This document shows positions 10,249 to 20,180 of a stretch of 64,000 nucleotides of DNA, piece by piece. The position numbers and the translations under genes were made by a program. The notes beneath the pieces were generated by a model. That model saw only the letters and a list, made by a program, of their open reading frames with translations. It was not told the origin of the DNA and ran no database searches. The number at the start of each line of letters is the position of its first letter. Position 1 is the first letter of the stretch. This DNA comes from an uncultured Acetatifactor sp. (GTDB lineage Bacteria > Bacillota > Clostridia > Lachnospirales > Lachnospiraceae), in the NCBI GenBank assembly GCA_910577665.1, contig CAJTOJ010000007.1, forward strand, positions 60,158 through 124,157. The letters run 5' to 3'.

Positions 10249-11097
10249 TTACTGGCTGCCCAGGATATGCCTTGCTATCTCTCTTGCTATTTTGTCTCTT
10301 CCCGCCTCATTGGGGTGTGTGCCATCCCGGGTATACTGCTCCCAGTCTTCCCATCTGTCATGTGGGAAAAAATCATGATACAGATCCACAATCTCCAGCC
10401 CGAACTCCGCTGCGATCTTCATCTCAGCCTGGACATAGTCCTCCAGTATACCGCCACCCCCATCATATTCCTCACAAGTCAGCCCCTGGCTCTCATACCA
10501 GATGTAAGTAGGTGTCACCAGCACAATCCGCATATCCGGATTGGCCCGCTGCAAGGCCCTCAGGGAACTACGCAATGCCCCGGAGAAGGTATATTCGTCA
10601 TAAGGGTCTGCCTCGTTGGCTATGGGAACCCCATTGTAATAATCATTTATCCCATGATAGATTACCACCAGCTTCACCGTGGCAAAGTCAATCCGCTCCA
10701 GCTCGTCCACCACATTCTCAAAATACTCTGTGTTGCTCTCCCTGATCCTGAACGCCTGCTGGATACCGAAATCCCTGGCCATCACAGCTTTTGTAAGACC
10801 TGCCAGGGACAGGGAGTCCTTGGCATAATCCAGCCTGCACTCCCGGTCGATCCTGCTGATGCAAGTTCCGCCAAGCGCCCCGTTCAATACAGACATCTGT
10901 GTCAGTTTTCCCAGCTGGGCCGTTACGCCAGTCTCATCCCTAACGCCTCCACACATACTGTCCCCAAAGACCACCATGTCCACCCAGCCAGGCTGGTCTG
11001 ACAGCCTGGACCGGAAGGTCAATGCTAGTAACATCAGAAACAGACATGCCGATATCAGTCCATACAGAACTTTTTTGCTGTCCCAAAATCTTTTCAA
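10249..11097 (-). CDS. Membrane-anchored SGNH/GDSL hydrolase or O-acyltransferase
   Basis: Intact blocks FGDS, NGALGG, GIND and DGTH; N-terminal TM. TTG start at 11097 follows GGAGG. Confidence 0.85.
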   Translation of the reverse strand: MKRFWDSKKVLYGLISACLFLMLLALTFRSRLSDQPGWVDMVVFGDSMCGGVRDETGVTAQLGKLTQMSVLNGALGGTCISRIDRECRLDYAKDSLSLAGLTKAVMARDFGIQQAFRIRESNTEYFENVVDELERIDFATVKLVVIYHGINDYYNGVPIANEADPYDEYTFSGALRSSLRALQRANPDMRIVLVTPTYIWYESQGLTCEEYDGGGGILEDYVQAEMKIAAEFGLEIVDLYHDFFPHDRWEDWEQYTRDGTHPNEAGRDKIAREIARHILGSQ

Positions 11098-11136
11098 TAC
11101 ACGCCTCCCGCAGTCCTGTTTTCCAGATATATACAC

Positions 11137-12171
11137 CTACAATCTGCTGAGTATTTCCGCAAGCCTGGCTGCCCCCTGTCCATCTATCATGTCCCTTTCC
11201 TTTTCCCAGAATGCAACCCTCAGGCTCCTGCTGTCTGCCAGACGGTCAAACAGTTGCTTCAAGTTCTGCCCGGTTCCCACCGGATCCCTGTGCCAGGCCC
11301 CCGCTTCCCCTGCAATCCCGCTATCCCGGATATACCTGGTCAATATCTCCTGATTTTCCGCATAGGAAAAGCAGATAAACGGCACTCCCATGGCAGAAAG
11401 CTCGTAAACCGTAGATCCCCCTGCTGTAATTGCAATATCACACTCCTTCATCAGACCTGCCATATCCCGCACATTGTAATGGATATGAAGGTTGCCATGC
11501 CTGGCTGCCAGATCCTGCATCTTCTGGATATGTGTTCCAAACTGCCCTACCACCACATGAAATTCCATCTGTTCGTTATACAATAGCTTCCATATCTGCC
11601 CTGCAATATTATCCAGGTCCCCACCTCCTGTGGTAATCAGCACATTGTGTACCCTCTTACGCACCTGGTAATCCGTATGCAGGAACTGCTCTCTCACAGG
11701 AATGTACCTGCTGCCTATGACCAGCCGTATATCCCTTCCCCGGTATAGATCCTCATACTGCATCTGGCTGGCTGGTGCATTATAGTTTATCACAAAATCC
11801 ACCGGATAGGCATGGGATCCATAATCATCCATCACTCCTATGCAATTCTTTTTGCCCAGTTCCATCAGATATTGGTCTGTGATAAAATAGCTGTCCACCA
11901 GGATGACATTGCCTTCTGTCCCATTCCGGAAAAGCCCCTGCCACAAGGGAAGCTCCCCACACATATCCCGGTAATCCGATCCCAGCACCACTGCCTGAAA
12001 TCCCTGTTGTGCTGCCAGGGAGGCGGACTGGTCATCTGCACACACGAACCGGATCCCGTCCTTTCCTCCCAGCCTTCCTGCAAGAGCCGTGGCAATTGTG
12101 GCACAGCGCATCAGATGCCCGGCTCCGGTTGTCGCGTTTCCATCTGCCCGGAAAAAATACATATGTTCCAC
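11137..12171 (-). CDS. pseG: UDP-2,4-diacylamido-2,4,6-trideoxy-L-altropyranose hydrolase
   Basis: FRADGN..GAGHLMRC, VDSY, TTGGGD, AGGST.YE, AENQ, DGQGA.R; adjacent to pseI. Confidence 0.85.
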   Translation of the reverse strand: MEHMYFFRADGNATTGAGHLMRCATIATALAGRLGGKDGIRFVCADDQSASLAAQQGFQAVVLGSDYRDMCGELPLWQGLFRNGTEGNVILVDSYFITDQYLMELGKKNCIGVMDDYGSHAYPVDFVINYNAPASQMQYEDLYRGRDIRLVIGSRYIPVREQFLHTDYQVRKRVHNVLITTGGGDLDNIAGQIWKLLYNEQMEFHVVVGQFGTHIQKMQDLAARHGNLHIHYNVRDMAGLMKECDIAITAGGSTVYELSAMGVPFICFSYAENQEILTRYIRDSGIAGEAGAWHRDPVGTGQNLKQLFDRLADSRSLRVAFWEKERDMIDGQGAARLAEILSRL

Positions 12172-12180
12172 ATATACTCC

Positions 12181-13239
12181 TTATGAAAAATCCACCAGAT
12201 CCCAGCTCATAGGAGTCCCCAGTTTTACATCCCTGGACACTCTCTTGCCCAACAGTTCCTCATAATATTTTGTGTGAAGTCCATTGGCAGGTCTCACGGA
12301 ACGCAGATTGTCCGGGGTGAATATCTCTCCTGCCCCCATATCTTTTGCTACAAAGAGGGACCTGGAATGTTCCCGCTCCCTGGCCGCCATGGGAGACAGC
12401 TCATATGTCACTTTCCCCAGAGCCAGCTCCACCTTGCGGATGTTGTCCACCATCTCCCCAAATTCCTGCGGCTCCATGGAAAAAGCGGCGTCAGCACCGC
12501 CATCTGCCCGGCTTAGGGTCAGATGCTTCTCCACCACCTTTGCCCCCAGGGCAACTGCTGCACCTGGCACGGCACATCCAAAGGTATGGTCAGAGAGTCC
12601 TACTATGCAGTCAAAGGTATCCCGCATGGCAGGAATGGTCCTTAGATTCACATCTTCATAGGGAGCCGGGTATGCAGATGTGCATTTCAAGAGTATCACC
12701 TGCTCATTTCCCTCTTTCCGGCAGGTCTCCACCGCCAGCTCGATATCCGCCAGACGGGCTATTCCTGTGGCCAGTATCATGGGCTTCCCTAACCTGGCAA
12801 TCTTCCGGATCAAGGGTATATCATTGATTTCAAAGGATGCAATCTTATAGACAGGTACCTCCATCTGCTCCAGGAAATCCACACTGGTTCCATCAAAAGG
12901 AGAAGAAAAGAATACAAGCCCCATGTCTTCTGCCATTTTCTTGAGTTCAGGCTGCCATTCCCAGGGTGTGTACGCTGATTCATATAGCCTGTGAAGCGTG
13001 TTTCCGTCCCAGAGAGTTCCCTGGGTAATCTGGAAACAGGGATCGTCACAGTCCAGGGTAATGGTGTCTGCCGTATAAGTCTGGATCTTCACGGCATCTG
13101 CCCCTGCCTCTCTGGCCGCCTGCAGGATCGCCACTGCCCGGTCAAAGTCCATGTTGTGGTTAGCTGACATTTCCGCCACGATAAACACCGGGGAAGTTTC
13201 ACTGATCACATGGTTTCCAATTCTGATTTCCTTGTCCAT
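12181..13239 (-). CDS. pseI: Pseudaminic acid synthase
   Basis: AEMSANHN, KIQTYTADTITLD, YTPWEW, KIASFE, GLSDHT, EKHLTL and a C-terminal SAF-like region. Confidence 0.92.
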   Translation of the reverse strand: MDKEIRIGNHVISETSPVFIVAEMSANHNMDFDRAVAILQAAREAGADAVKIQTYTADTITLDCDDPCFQITQGTLWDGNTLHRLYESAYTPWEWQPELKKMAEDMGLVFFSSPFDGTSVDFLEQMEVPVYKIASFEINDIPLIRKIARLGKPMILATGIARLADIELAVETCRKEGNEQVILLKCTSAYPAPYEDVNLRTIPAMRDTFDCIVGLSDHTFGCAVPGAAVALGAKVVEKHLTLSRADGGADAAFSMEPQEFGEMVDNIRKVELALGKVTYELSPMAAREREHSRSLFVAKDMGAGEIFTPDNLRSVRPANGLHTKYYEELLGKRVSRDVKLGTPMSWDLVDFS

Positions 13240-13256
13240 CACCTGCGTCCTTTCTT

Positions 13257-13802
13257 CTAAACGAACTTTATCTTCTCATATTTCTTCGAGGGACGGATTT
13301 CTTCCCACCGTTCTGCTGTCATACGCATGTATGTCACATCATAATACACGCCTTCTTTGCACACATGGTGTTTCCGTTCTTCCACAATCTCACATCCGCA
13401 GAGCTTGTGAAGCTGGATCACGCCTGTATTCAGGGAAAAAACATCCCCATACACTGCCCTCTTTCCCAGTACATCAAATACATAGTCATACAGACTCATC
13501 TCCAATGACAATGCCACCTGGATACTACGCAGTCTCCGTTCTCCCACATAGTAGGCCCAGCCAAGGTTTCCATGGCGATTGTCCAGCCCCGTCAAATTGA
13601 TAACCCCTGCCGGAGTCCCATTTACCAGAATCATCCAGTACTTCACATCTGTACTGGCCTCAATGGAAGCCAGCCACGCTTTCTGCCCTTCCAGTGTAAG
13701 CCTTGGATTCGTATTCATATACCTGGTAATATCCGGATCCATGCGCCAGTGCATAATATTCTCCAGATCTGTCTGCTCAATGGAACGTACTGTCACACTC
13801 AT
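13257..13802 (-). CDS. pseH: PseH-like GNAT N-acyltransferase
   Basis: Start MSVTVRSI overlaps the ACP stop (ATGA). WRMDPDITRYM and N..VIQLHKLCG; located inside the pse cluster. Confidence 0.7.
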   Translation of the reverse strand: MSVTVRSIEQTDLENIMHWRMDPDITRYMNTNPRLTLEGQKAWLASIEASTDVKYWMILVNGTPAGVINLTGLDNRHGNLGWAYYVGERRLRSIQVALSLEMSLYDYVFDVLGKRAVYGDVFSLNTGVIQLHKLCGCEIVEERKHHVCKEGVYYDVTYMRMTAERWEEIRPSKKYEKIKFV

Positions 13803-14020
13803 CGTATGCCTGCCTTTTCCAGCAGTTCCCCCACGCCGGTCAGTTCTATGGCCTCCTCCAGGGGAATGGAAATACCCAGTTTCTCCTCCAGTTCCCCGAT
13901 GATCATCACATGGGCCAGAGAATCCCATTGCTCTACATCTGCAATCATGGTATCTTCCTGTATGGTTCCTTCCGGCACGTGCAATGCCTCTTCAATCAAT
14001 GCAAATACCTTCTCTTTCAA
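13799..14020 (-). CDS. Acyl carrier protein
   Basis: 73 aa, acidic, WDSL phosphopantetheine motif. TTG start after AAGGAGG; overlaps both neighbours. Confidence 0.85.
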   Translation of the reverse strand: MKEKVFALIEEALHVPEGTIQEDTMIADVEQWDSLAHVMIIGELEEKLGISIPLEEAIELTGVGELLEKAGIR

Positions 14021-15738
14021 GTCAATCCCTCCTTGTCCGCTTCCACGGCACTGATCACTTTTGCAGCATATGGCCTCTTCGGCACTTCTGCCAGTTCCAG
14101 GTAATATACAGTTCCTCCTGTGCCACCATCTGGCAGTGGCTCCTGTTTTCTGTATCCCATCTGGTCATATAGCTTTTCCACCGGCTGGTTTTTTGCCGTT
14201 GGCAGATATACCCCTGCCAGATGGGTATATCCCCTGGCTTTCAGATCTGACTCCACATCTTCCAGGATAGCATATTCTATATTTTTCCCCATGACCCTGC
14301 AGCTCATGACAAATTCTTCCACCACAGGTTGTCCTGCTTCCCTGTTTTCCACTTTTAACATTATGTCGCCCGGTAATCTTCCCTCCACATCCACTACAGC
14401 GGCGGCCACAACACCATTGTCGCCAAATTTATCCGTTACCCGATACAGATAAACCAGTTTTTCCTGCCCTTCCACTATCCTGGCCAGTTCCCCCTGGGTA
14501 TACCGGATGGTGGTCAGATTGAACTGGTTCGTCTTGTTTACCAATTGGGCCAGACGTTCCATGTGCTTTGCCGGATCCACCCTTGTGATCACAATCTGTA
14601 ACTGTTCAAGATACGTCTGAAAATCCCCTGTTTCCTGTTCCAACTGTTTTCTTGCCGCATTTGCCGTATATTGTGCCGTTTTTGTCCTGTCTTCATCTGT
14701 CACATAAGCCTTCTCAAAATATTCCCTGTAAATGCTCCCCATAGCCGGGGCAAGTTCCTCCGGCGATGCCGGAAAATCAGGCACTGCCACCTCTGGCAGC
14801 ATAGTCCCTACCAACTCCCTCTCGGCTGGATTGTCATCCCAGAACACAAAAGAATCCAGGCCCAGATTCAATTCCCCTGCAATATCCTGTATATTCTCAT
14901 ATTTCGGTCTCCAATTGATCCGGATCACAGCAAAGTCTGCACTCCGAAGTACCATATGCGGATGTGCATCCAGGATCTCCATGGCATCCTCCCTGTTATT
15001 TTTGGAGACAATCCCCAGCAACACCCCCTGCCTCTGCATCTGCAGAATGACCCGCTGCAGGTTCTTATAAGCCAACCCCGTATGGCTCTCGGAGAGCTCT
15101 ATGGGTGTATGGTCACTTTCCCCTGCAAGTCCTCCCCAGAGCGTATTGTCCAGATCCAGCAGCAATACTTTGCGAGGTATACGGGTCTCCACCCTGACCT
15201 TATCCAGGATCAAGGTACACAGCCTCTTCTGGGCTTCCCCGCTTAAAAGGATCTTTCCCATGTACCACATCTTCATGGAAAAAGACTTTTCACTGCCCAA
15301 GGTCTCTATGAGCCGGTGGAAAGGCAGGATACGCACATTCTGTCTCACCTGGCACAGCTTCTCCAGATACTGCTGCCATAGTCCTTCCAGATGCAGCTTC
15401 CTCCCCATATCCGCCGTGGTCTCCAGTTCCATCCCCCACAGATAGCTGTCAGAGACATAGTATACCACTTCCTGTTTCAAGGTGCCCTGCAAATTCCGAA
15501 ACCACTGTCTGATCCTACCTTCCGCCGCTGTGGGATCCAGGTCATGTTCCAGCAGTTCCATCAGATCCATCACGAAAAAGACCATCCCGGCACCATAAGT
15601 GTGATAAGAAGATGCCGGATTCATCAGTGTTCCCAGTTCATTGCCGTACCCTTCCGTCCGGTAGATATCCACTTCCTTTCCAAGCAGCCGGATCACAACA
15701 TCCATATTGATATTGGACAAAAGTGCTATCCTAGGCAA
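14017..15738 (-). CDS. fkbH: FkbH-like HAD-IIIC protein (glyceryl-ACP forming)
   Basis: DLDNTLWGG, SKNN, INW.PK, F.DDNP.ER, KTNQFNLTT, DKFGDNG and MSCRVMG are FkbH hallmarks. Confidence 0.9.
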   Translation of the reverse strand: MPRIALLSNINMDVVIRLLGKEVDIYRTEGYGNELGTLMNPASSYHTYGAGMVFFVMDLMELLEHDLDPTAAEGRIRQWFRNLQGTLKQEVVYYVSDSYLWGMELETTADMGRKLHLEGLWQQYLEKLCQVRQNVRILPFHRLIETLGSEKSFSMKMWYMGKILLSGEAQKRLCTLILDKVRVETRIPRKVLLLDLDNTLWGGLAGESDHTPIELSESHTGLAYKNLQRVILQMQRQGVLLGIVSKNNREDAMEILDAHPHMVLRSADFAVIRINWRPKYENIQDIAGELNLGLDSFVFWDDNPAERELVGTMLPEVAVPDFPASPEELAPAMGSIYREYFEKAYVTDEDRTKTAQYTANAARKQLEQETGDFQTYLEQLQIVITRVDPAKHMERLAQLVNKTNQFNLTTIRYTQGELARIVEGQEKLVYLYRVTDKFGDNGVVAAAVVDVEGRLPGDIMLKVENREAGQPVVEEFVMSCRVMGKNIEYAILEDVESDLKARGYTHLAGVYLPTAKNQPVEKLYDQMGYRKQEPLPDGGTGGTVYYLELAEVPKRPYAAKVISAVEADKEGLT

Positions 15739-15750
15739 ACTGCCACCTCC

Positions 15751-16449
15751 TCACTCTCCATGTGCCCCATTCATCAAGCGGTATTTCATCTCTGCAATCT
15801 GCCAGTCCGTCTGATTATCTATATCCTGTACTTCCAGTTCTGGCACAATCCATGGCAGGATATTCCCTACCATCAGCTTTCTGTTTCTCTTGAAGGCGTC
15901 TGTCCGGAATACATAAAACTGCCCCACATCATGATACTGGGGTTCCAGATCCTGGGAACGGCTATCCAGATATTCGGGACATCTGAATACCAGCCGCCCC
16001 TCTTTTACAATCATGGCCCGCTGGGGTGGATAAGAAAAGGCCACCACTGGTATCAGCGTATCCGCATCACTCCCTTCCAGCGCCCGGACTGCACCTTGTA
16101 GCTTATCTGACGTCACAAACGGTGCTGTGGGGTAGATACAGCAGGCCAGATCATAGGTTTCCCCCCGCTTTCCGTATTCCTCCAGGACTTCCAGTATAAC
16201 ATCGTTTGTGGTTGCATAATCATCAGATGCTTCCTGGCTGCGGAAAAAAGGAATCTGCGCCCCATATCTTTTTGCAACTTCTGCTATCTCTTCATCCTCT
16301 GTAGATACCATGACTTTGTCAAATATACCCGACTGTAGTGCCGCCTCAATGGAATATGCCAATATGGGTTTCCCACAGAACTCCTTGATATTTTTCCTGG
16401 GAATCCGTTTGCTGCCCCCCCGGGCCGTGATAATTGCCAATCTCTTCAT
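15751..16449 (-). CDS. pseF: Pseudaminic acid cytidylyltransferase
   Basis: ARGGSKRIPRKNIK, CIYPTAPF, RSQDLE..YHDVGQFY, QDIDN. Confidence 0.9.
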   Translation of the reverse strand: MKRLAIITARGGSKRIPRKNIKEFCGKPILAYSIEAALQSGIFDKVMVSTEDEEIAEVAKRYGAQIPFFRSQEASDDYATTNDVILEVLEEYGKRGETYDLACCIYPTAPFVTSDKLQGAVRALEGSDADTLIPVVAFSYPPQRAMIVKEGRLVFRCPEYLDSRSQDLEPQYHDVGQFYVFRTDAFKRNRKLMVGNILPWIVPELEVQDIDNQTDWQIAEMKYRLMNGAHGE

Positions 16450-16453
16450 TTTC

Positions 16454-18739
16454 TCATACTCCTGCCTTCACACTTTCAGATCTGCTGTCTGTAGCAGCAC
16501 AGACAATTTTTGAAATCCTTCTCCTTCTGATCCCATAATATACCAAAAAACCAATTCCTGCAATCACGCTGACAGCTTCTGCCAGATGCCAGTACCACAT
16601 TCCTGCATACCATACACGGATCTGCCCGCTAAAATCCTCTGGCAGCAGTACCCTGACATCGCAATTATCTCCCTTTATCAAGGCAAGCTCTTCCCCGGTA
16701 TTACCCTCCACAGCCCGGTAACCCTTATAATAAAGCAGAGGCAGTTCTAAGTATGACGCCTCCCCTGTGGTCACATAGCCCCGAACCGCCAGTCCCTTTT
16801 TCTCATATCCATCCAGGGTCACGCCGTTTCCCAAAACCGGTGCATGGTTTCTCATATGGGTAATGTCTGCGTCCAAAGGCAGATACTCTGCCCCCAGGAC
16901 TGCCGCACTGCCTATATTCTGTGGTGTATACAGACGCAGAAAGCTGTCACGTGTGAGCAGAAAATCATTCAGTTGATACCCGCCAAACAGAACAGCTGCC
17001 GCGCCTATAATCCCCAGTCCTGTCCACCCCTTCTGTTTCCCCCACTGGCTACAGATTACCTTCTCTCCCGTCACACAGGCTACAAACACGCCCAGTACCG
17101 TGGCAACAGAAGTAATTCTGGTAGGAAACTGAATAGAACCAACCAGAGATGCCAGAACCTTGTTTGCATGACTCAGAAAATCCCAGGGAAACCAGCTTGT
17201 ACTCATGACAAGGGCAATTACCGTGAGTATCCACACGATGTCCCCAGCTCTTTTCTTTTTGTCTTGTACAATAAGATCCCCTGTCTCTTTGCATTTGTAC
17301 CTGCGAACCACCAGCCATAAAAACATACAGAACAGAAGTGCCACTCCCAGGCCAATGGGCTCTGCTTCCAGCATTCCGTTCTCCACATACCGGGAGGATG
17401 ACCCTCCTGCCTGCAACGTATAAAAGATCTGGGCCGGATAGACCCCCCTGCTCTGGATAAGCATTCCGGCATTGTTGCCAAAATAATACTGGTCTGCAAA
17501 CATCAGATCCAAAAAGGGCACCAGGTACCATGCATTGATTACCACTGTCATAATCACGGTACAAGACAGAACCATAAAAGTCCGGCGTCTAAAGGTCTTC
17601 TTCCACAAAATCAAGCAAAGTACTATCACAAAAAAGCCGGTCATCTCACACGTTAGGGCATGGGACTGGATCACACCCGAAAACCCAATCACAGGTATCA
17701 CCCAGTTCCACAGATAGCCCTTTTTCCCGGGATCCTCTGTATAAATCCGGTAAAATCCCCACACCAGAAGAGGCAGGAAGATCATGGCTGTAGTCTCGCC
17801 AATGGCTGCCCGGTTATACATATTGTACATTCGGTAAGGTGCCAAGGTATATAGCAGACTCCCAAAGAAACCCAGATACCGGTTGCGGAAGCATCCCTTG
17901 AAACTGATATAGGCCACCCAGGCCGTAGCCAGGTTCACTGCCACCAGGAACATCCGGTAAGCGGCATCCGGGGTAAACCCGATCAACCGGAGCACTGCAG
18001 GCACTGCCAGGCAGGTATCCCCGTAGAAAAACGAACTGGCATATCCATGTCCACCCAGCCATACAGACCACATACGCACAGGCAGCTCTCCCAGCCTGAT
18101 GGCATCTGCCAGAGTCTCAATCCGCCTCATATGAAAGATCAAGTCAGCTCCGTATATAGCGTAATCCACGAAGGCTGGCAGGGATGCAAAAACCATCAGC
18201 GCGGGCAATCCGAATCCCACTACTTGCTTTTCCATGGGAATCGGGTGTTTCCGATGATACATGCAAATCACCAGAATCCCATTTAACAGAAGACAGCCCG
18301 CTATTACCCAGAACAGAAAGACTCTTTGCCCTGCATTGGTTGCATGCAGTTCCAGACCCTGTACCTCTACATTTTCTGACAGATGAAACACAGCCTTGCA
18401 TGTTTCCACAGAATCCGTCAGAAAAAAGGAACATTCCCGCACAGAATCTCCTTCCCAGACAGAAGCTTCATTTGCAAGCAAAGTCCTGTGTCTGTCGCTC
18501 TCTGTCACCACGCCAAAGGAACCAAGATTATCCCCCTCTCCTGCATAATAGAGCCGCAGAACATAATGCCCGGCTGGAAGACTGACACCATCCTCTATCA
18601 GACGGCCCGCATCCTCTCTGTCTACCACCACACCTGACCTGCCAAAGAGACCTGCTATGCCCAGCAGAAGCAGCAGACATTCCAGTCCTAACAATACCCA
18701 AATTTTTTTATTTTTGAGAAACCCGGATTCTCCCAGCAT
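16454..18739 (-). CDS. YfhO/'6-PTPS-related' type GT-C membrane protein (paralogue A)
   Basis: D..FH..RIE, GHGYASSFFYG, IQSH, QFP.R, EYLP, LPLLYYKGY; about 12 TMs. Confidence 0.75.
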   Translation of the reverse strand: MLGESGFLKNKKIWVLLGLECLLLLLGIAGLFGRSGVVVDREDAGRLIEDGVSLPAGHYVLRLYYAGEGDNLGSFGVVTESDRHRTLLANEASVWEGDSVRECSFFLTDSVETCKAVFHLSENVEVQGLELHATNAGQRVFLFWVIAGCLLLNGILVICMYHRKHPIPMEKQVVGFGLPALMVFASLPAFVDYAIYGADLIFHMRRIETLADAIRLGELPVRMWSVWLGGHGYASSFFYGDTCLAVPAVLRLIGFTPDAAYRMFLVAVNLATAWVAYISFKGCFRNRYLGFFGSLLYTLAPYRMYNMYNRAAIGETTAMIFLPLLVWGFYRIYTEDPGKKGYLWNWVIPVIGFSGVIQSHALTCEMTGFFVIVLCLILWKKTFRRRTFMVLSCTVIMTVVINAWYLVPFLDLMFADQYYFGNNAGMLIQSRGVYPAQIFYTLQAGGSSSRYVENGMLEAEPIGLGVALLFCMFLWLVVRRYKCKETGDLIVQDKKKRAGDIVWILTVIALVMSTSWFPWDFLSHANKVLASLVGSIQFPTRITSVATVLGVFVACVTGEKVICSQWGKQKGWTGLGIIGAAAVLFGGYQLNDFLLTRDSFLRLYTPQNIGSAAVLGAEYLPLDADITHMRNHAPVLGNGVTLDGYEKKGLAVRGYVTTGEASYLELPLLYYKGYRAVEGNTGEELALIKGDNCDVRVLLPEDFSGQIRVWYAGMWYWHLAEAVSVIAGIGFLVYYGIRRRRISKIVCAATDSRSESVKAGV

Positions 18740-20180
18740 TCTTATGTCTCCTTATCACCCACAATACCGCACAGGCACAAACCGCCACCACAGAGATGCC
18801 TTCGCAACATCGCCAGAGGAAAGATTCCTCCTCCACTAAGGGAATGGCGGTCTGGCTTAGTAAAGCAATCTCTTCCTGCCTCACAAAATTCTGTGTAATC
18901 ATTATATTTCCCAATTGAAACTGGATGGTACCGAATGAGAGGAGAAGCACTGCCAGCAACCACCTTCTTTTGCCTTCCTCTTCCTCGTTCCCCTGTAAGA
19001 CTTTTAGTACCAGGCAGGCTACCAGGATCAGACCTGCATCTGCCACAACAGCCAGCTTTGCCGGTGTGCACAGTAAGGCCAGCAGACAGGAAAACAGCAT
19101 ATTTCTGTCCTGCAGCATATCCCAGGGAAATAAATGGGAGCTTAAGAACAGCAGTATCACACTGACCCCCAGCATTCTTCCCACTGGCAGCGCTTCTCTC
19201 CACAAGTGCTTCCCACCCAGATTATCCTCTCCCACAAACCTTTTTCCCAGATAGAGCACCGCCAGTAAAACCGCTGCAATGCCAGGGCCAATGGCCTGTG
19301 CATGAGCCATCCCATTCTGCAGGGTCCGTACCTGCATCCCCGCTCTGGGAAAAACGGTGAGATACTGTATCAGATACGTTCCATAACTCCGGAAGTCTGA
19401 TACAATCATTGGTCCCACCACCTGGGCATCCCGCATTCGCGCCAGCATGGGAATCAGAAACCAGGCTCCCACAGCCAGACTGGTTCCCCATGCTTTCCCC
19501 AGCCCTGCCAGTACCCTCCGCTGCAAGGTCTTTCTCCCCATCAAGAACAAGGTCAGCACCACCAATATCATCCCCACGGACAACACCACCGTGGAAGAGA
19601 CTGTTAGCAGACAAAGTCCAAGTGCCAGGACAGTCCAGGAGGCATCCCCGCTTTTCTTCTCCTCACACTCCTGGTAAAGCATCCACAATCCCAGAAGTAC
19701 CACTGGCAGAACTGCCCAGCCGGCAATTTCTTCCAGATTCCCCATCTGATACATTTCGCTGCACCGGTAGGGACACCCTGTATACAACAGGCTTCCCATA
19801 ATACCGATAGCCTGGCTCTGTGTGATCTTCTGAAAACAGATCCATGCAATAAAAGCCGTTAATAGATTCAGCAGGAAAAAACTCCATTTCAAGGCTGCTC
19901 CCATTCCTACTCCCATCAGATGAAGCAAAGCCGGGAATACATACACCACCCCTGGCTGAAAAGAAGCCCCATAATACCCGTATTCCTGCAATTCCAGCAT
20001 TCCGAAACGCACGGGAAGCACATGTCCTATCCCCCGGCCCATAGCCTCGATCTTACTGAGGACTGTCGCCAGATTATCTCCACGAAAGCAATAATCCGTC
20101 ATTAACGGCACAGAGATTATCCCGGTTATCAGCAGGATACCCCATATACTTTTTCTATACTTCTGCCAGATTTCTTTCAT
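18708..20180 (-). CDS. Degenerate, shorter paralogue of the flanking GT-C proteins (paralogue B)
   Basis: Start MKEIWQK in ATGA overlap. Shares SLLY..PYR, WFL.P and FPWD with its neighbours but lacks D..H..R.E, QSH, EYLP and the large external domains. Confidence 0.7.
   Translation of the reverse strand: MKEIWQKYRKSIWGILLITGIISVPLMTDYCFRGDNLATVLSKIEAMGRGIGHVLPVRFGMLELQEYGYYGASFQPGVVYVFPALLHLMGVGMGAALKWSFFLLNLLTAFIAWICFQKITQSQAIGIMGSLLYTGCPYRCSEMYQMGNLEEIAGWAVLPVVLLGLWMLYQECEEKKSGDASWTVLALGLCLLTVSSTVVLSVGMILVVLTLFLMGRKTLQRRVLAGLGKAWGTSLAVGAWFLIPMLARMRDAQVVGPMIVSDFRSYGTYLIQYLTVFPRAGMQVRTLQNGMAHAQAIGPGIAAVLLAVLYLGKRFVGEDNLGGKHLWREALPVGRMLGVSVILLFLSSHLFPWDMLQDRNMLFSCLLALLCTPAKLAVVADAGLILVACLVLKVLQGNEEEEGKRRWLLAVLLLSFGTIQFQLGNIMITQNFVRQEEIALLSQTAIPLVEEESFLWRCCEGISVVAVCACAVLWVIRRHKNAGRIRVSQK

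Noticed and set aside
13799..15738. PKS/NRPS cluster suggested by FkbH and ACP
   Set aside because: No ketosynthase, adenylation or condensation domains; the context is sugar biosynthesis.
16415..16421. Homopolymer phase-variation tracts (C7 in pseF, C7 near 44507, T8 near 28682)
   Set aside because: The tracts are short, the frames are intact, and they are explained by Gly or Lys codons.
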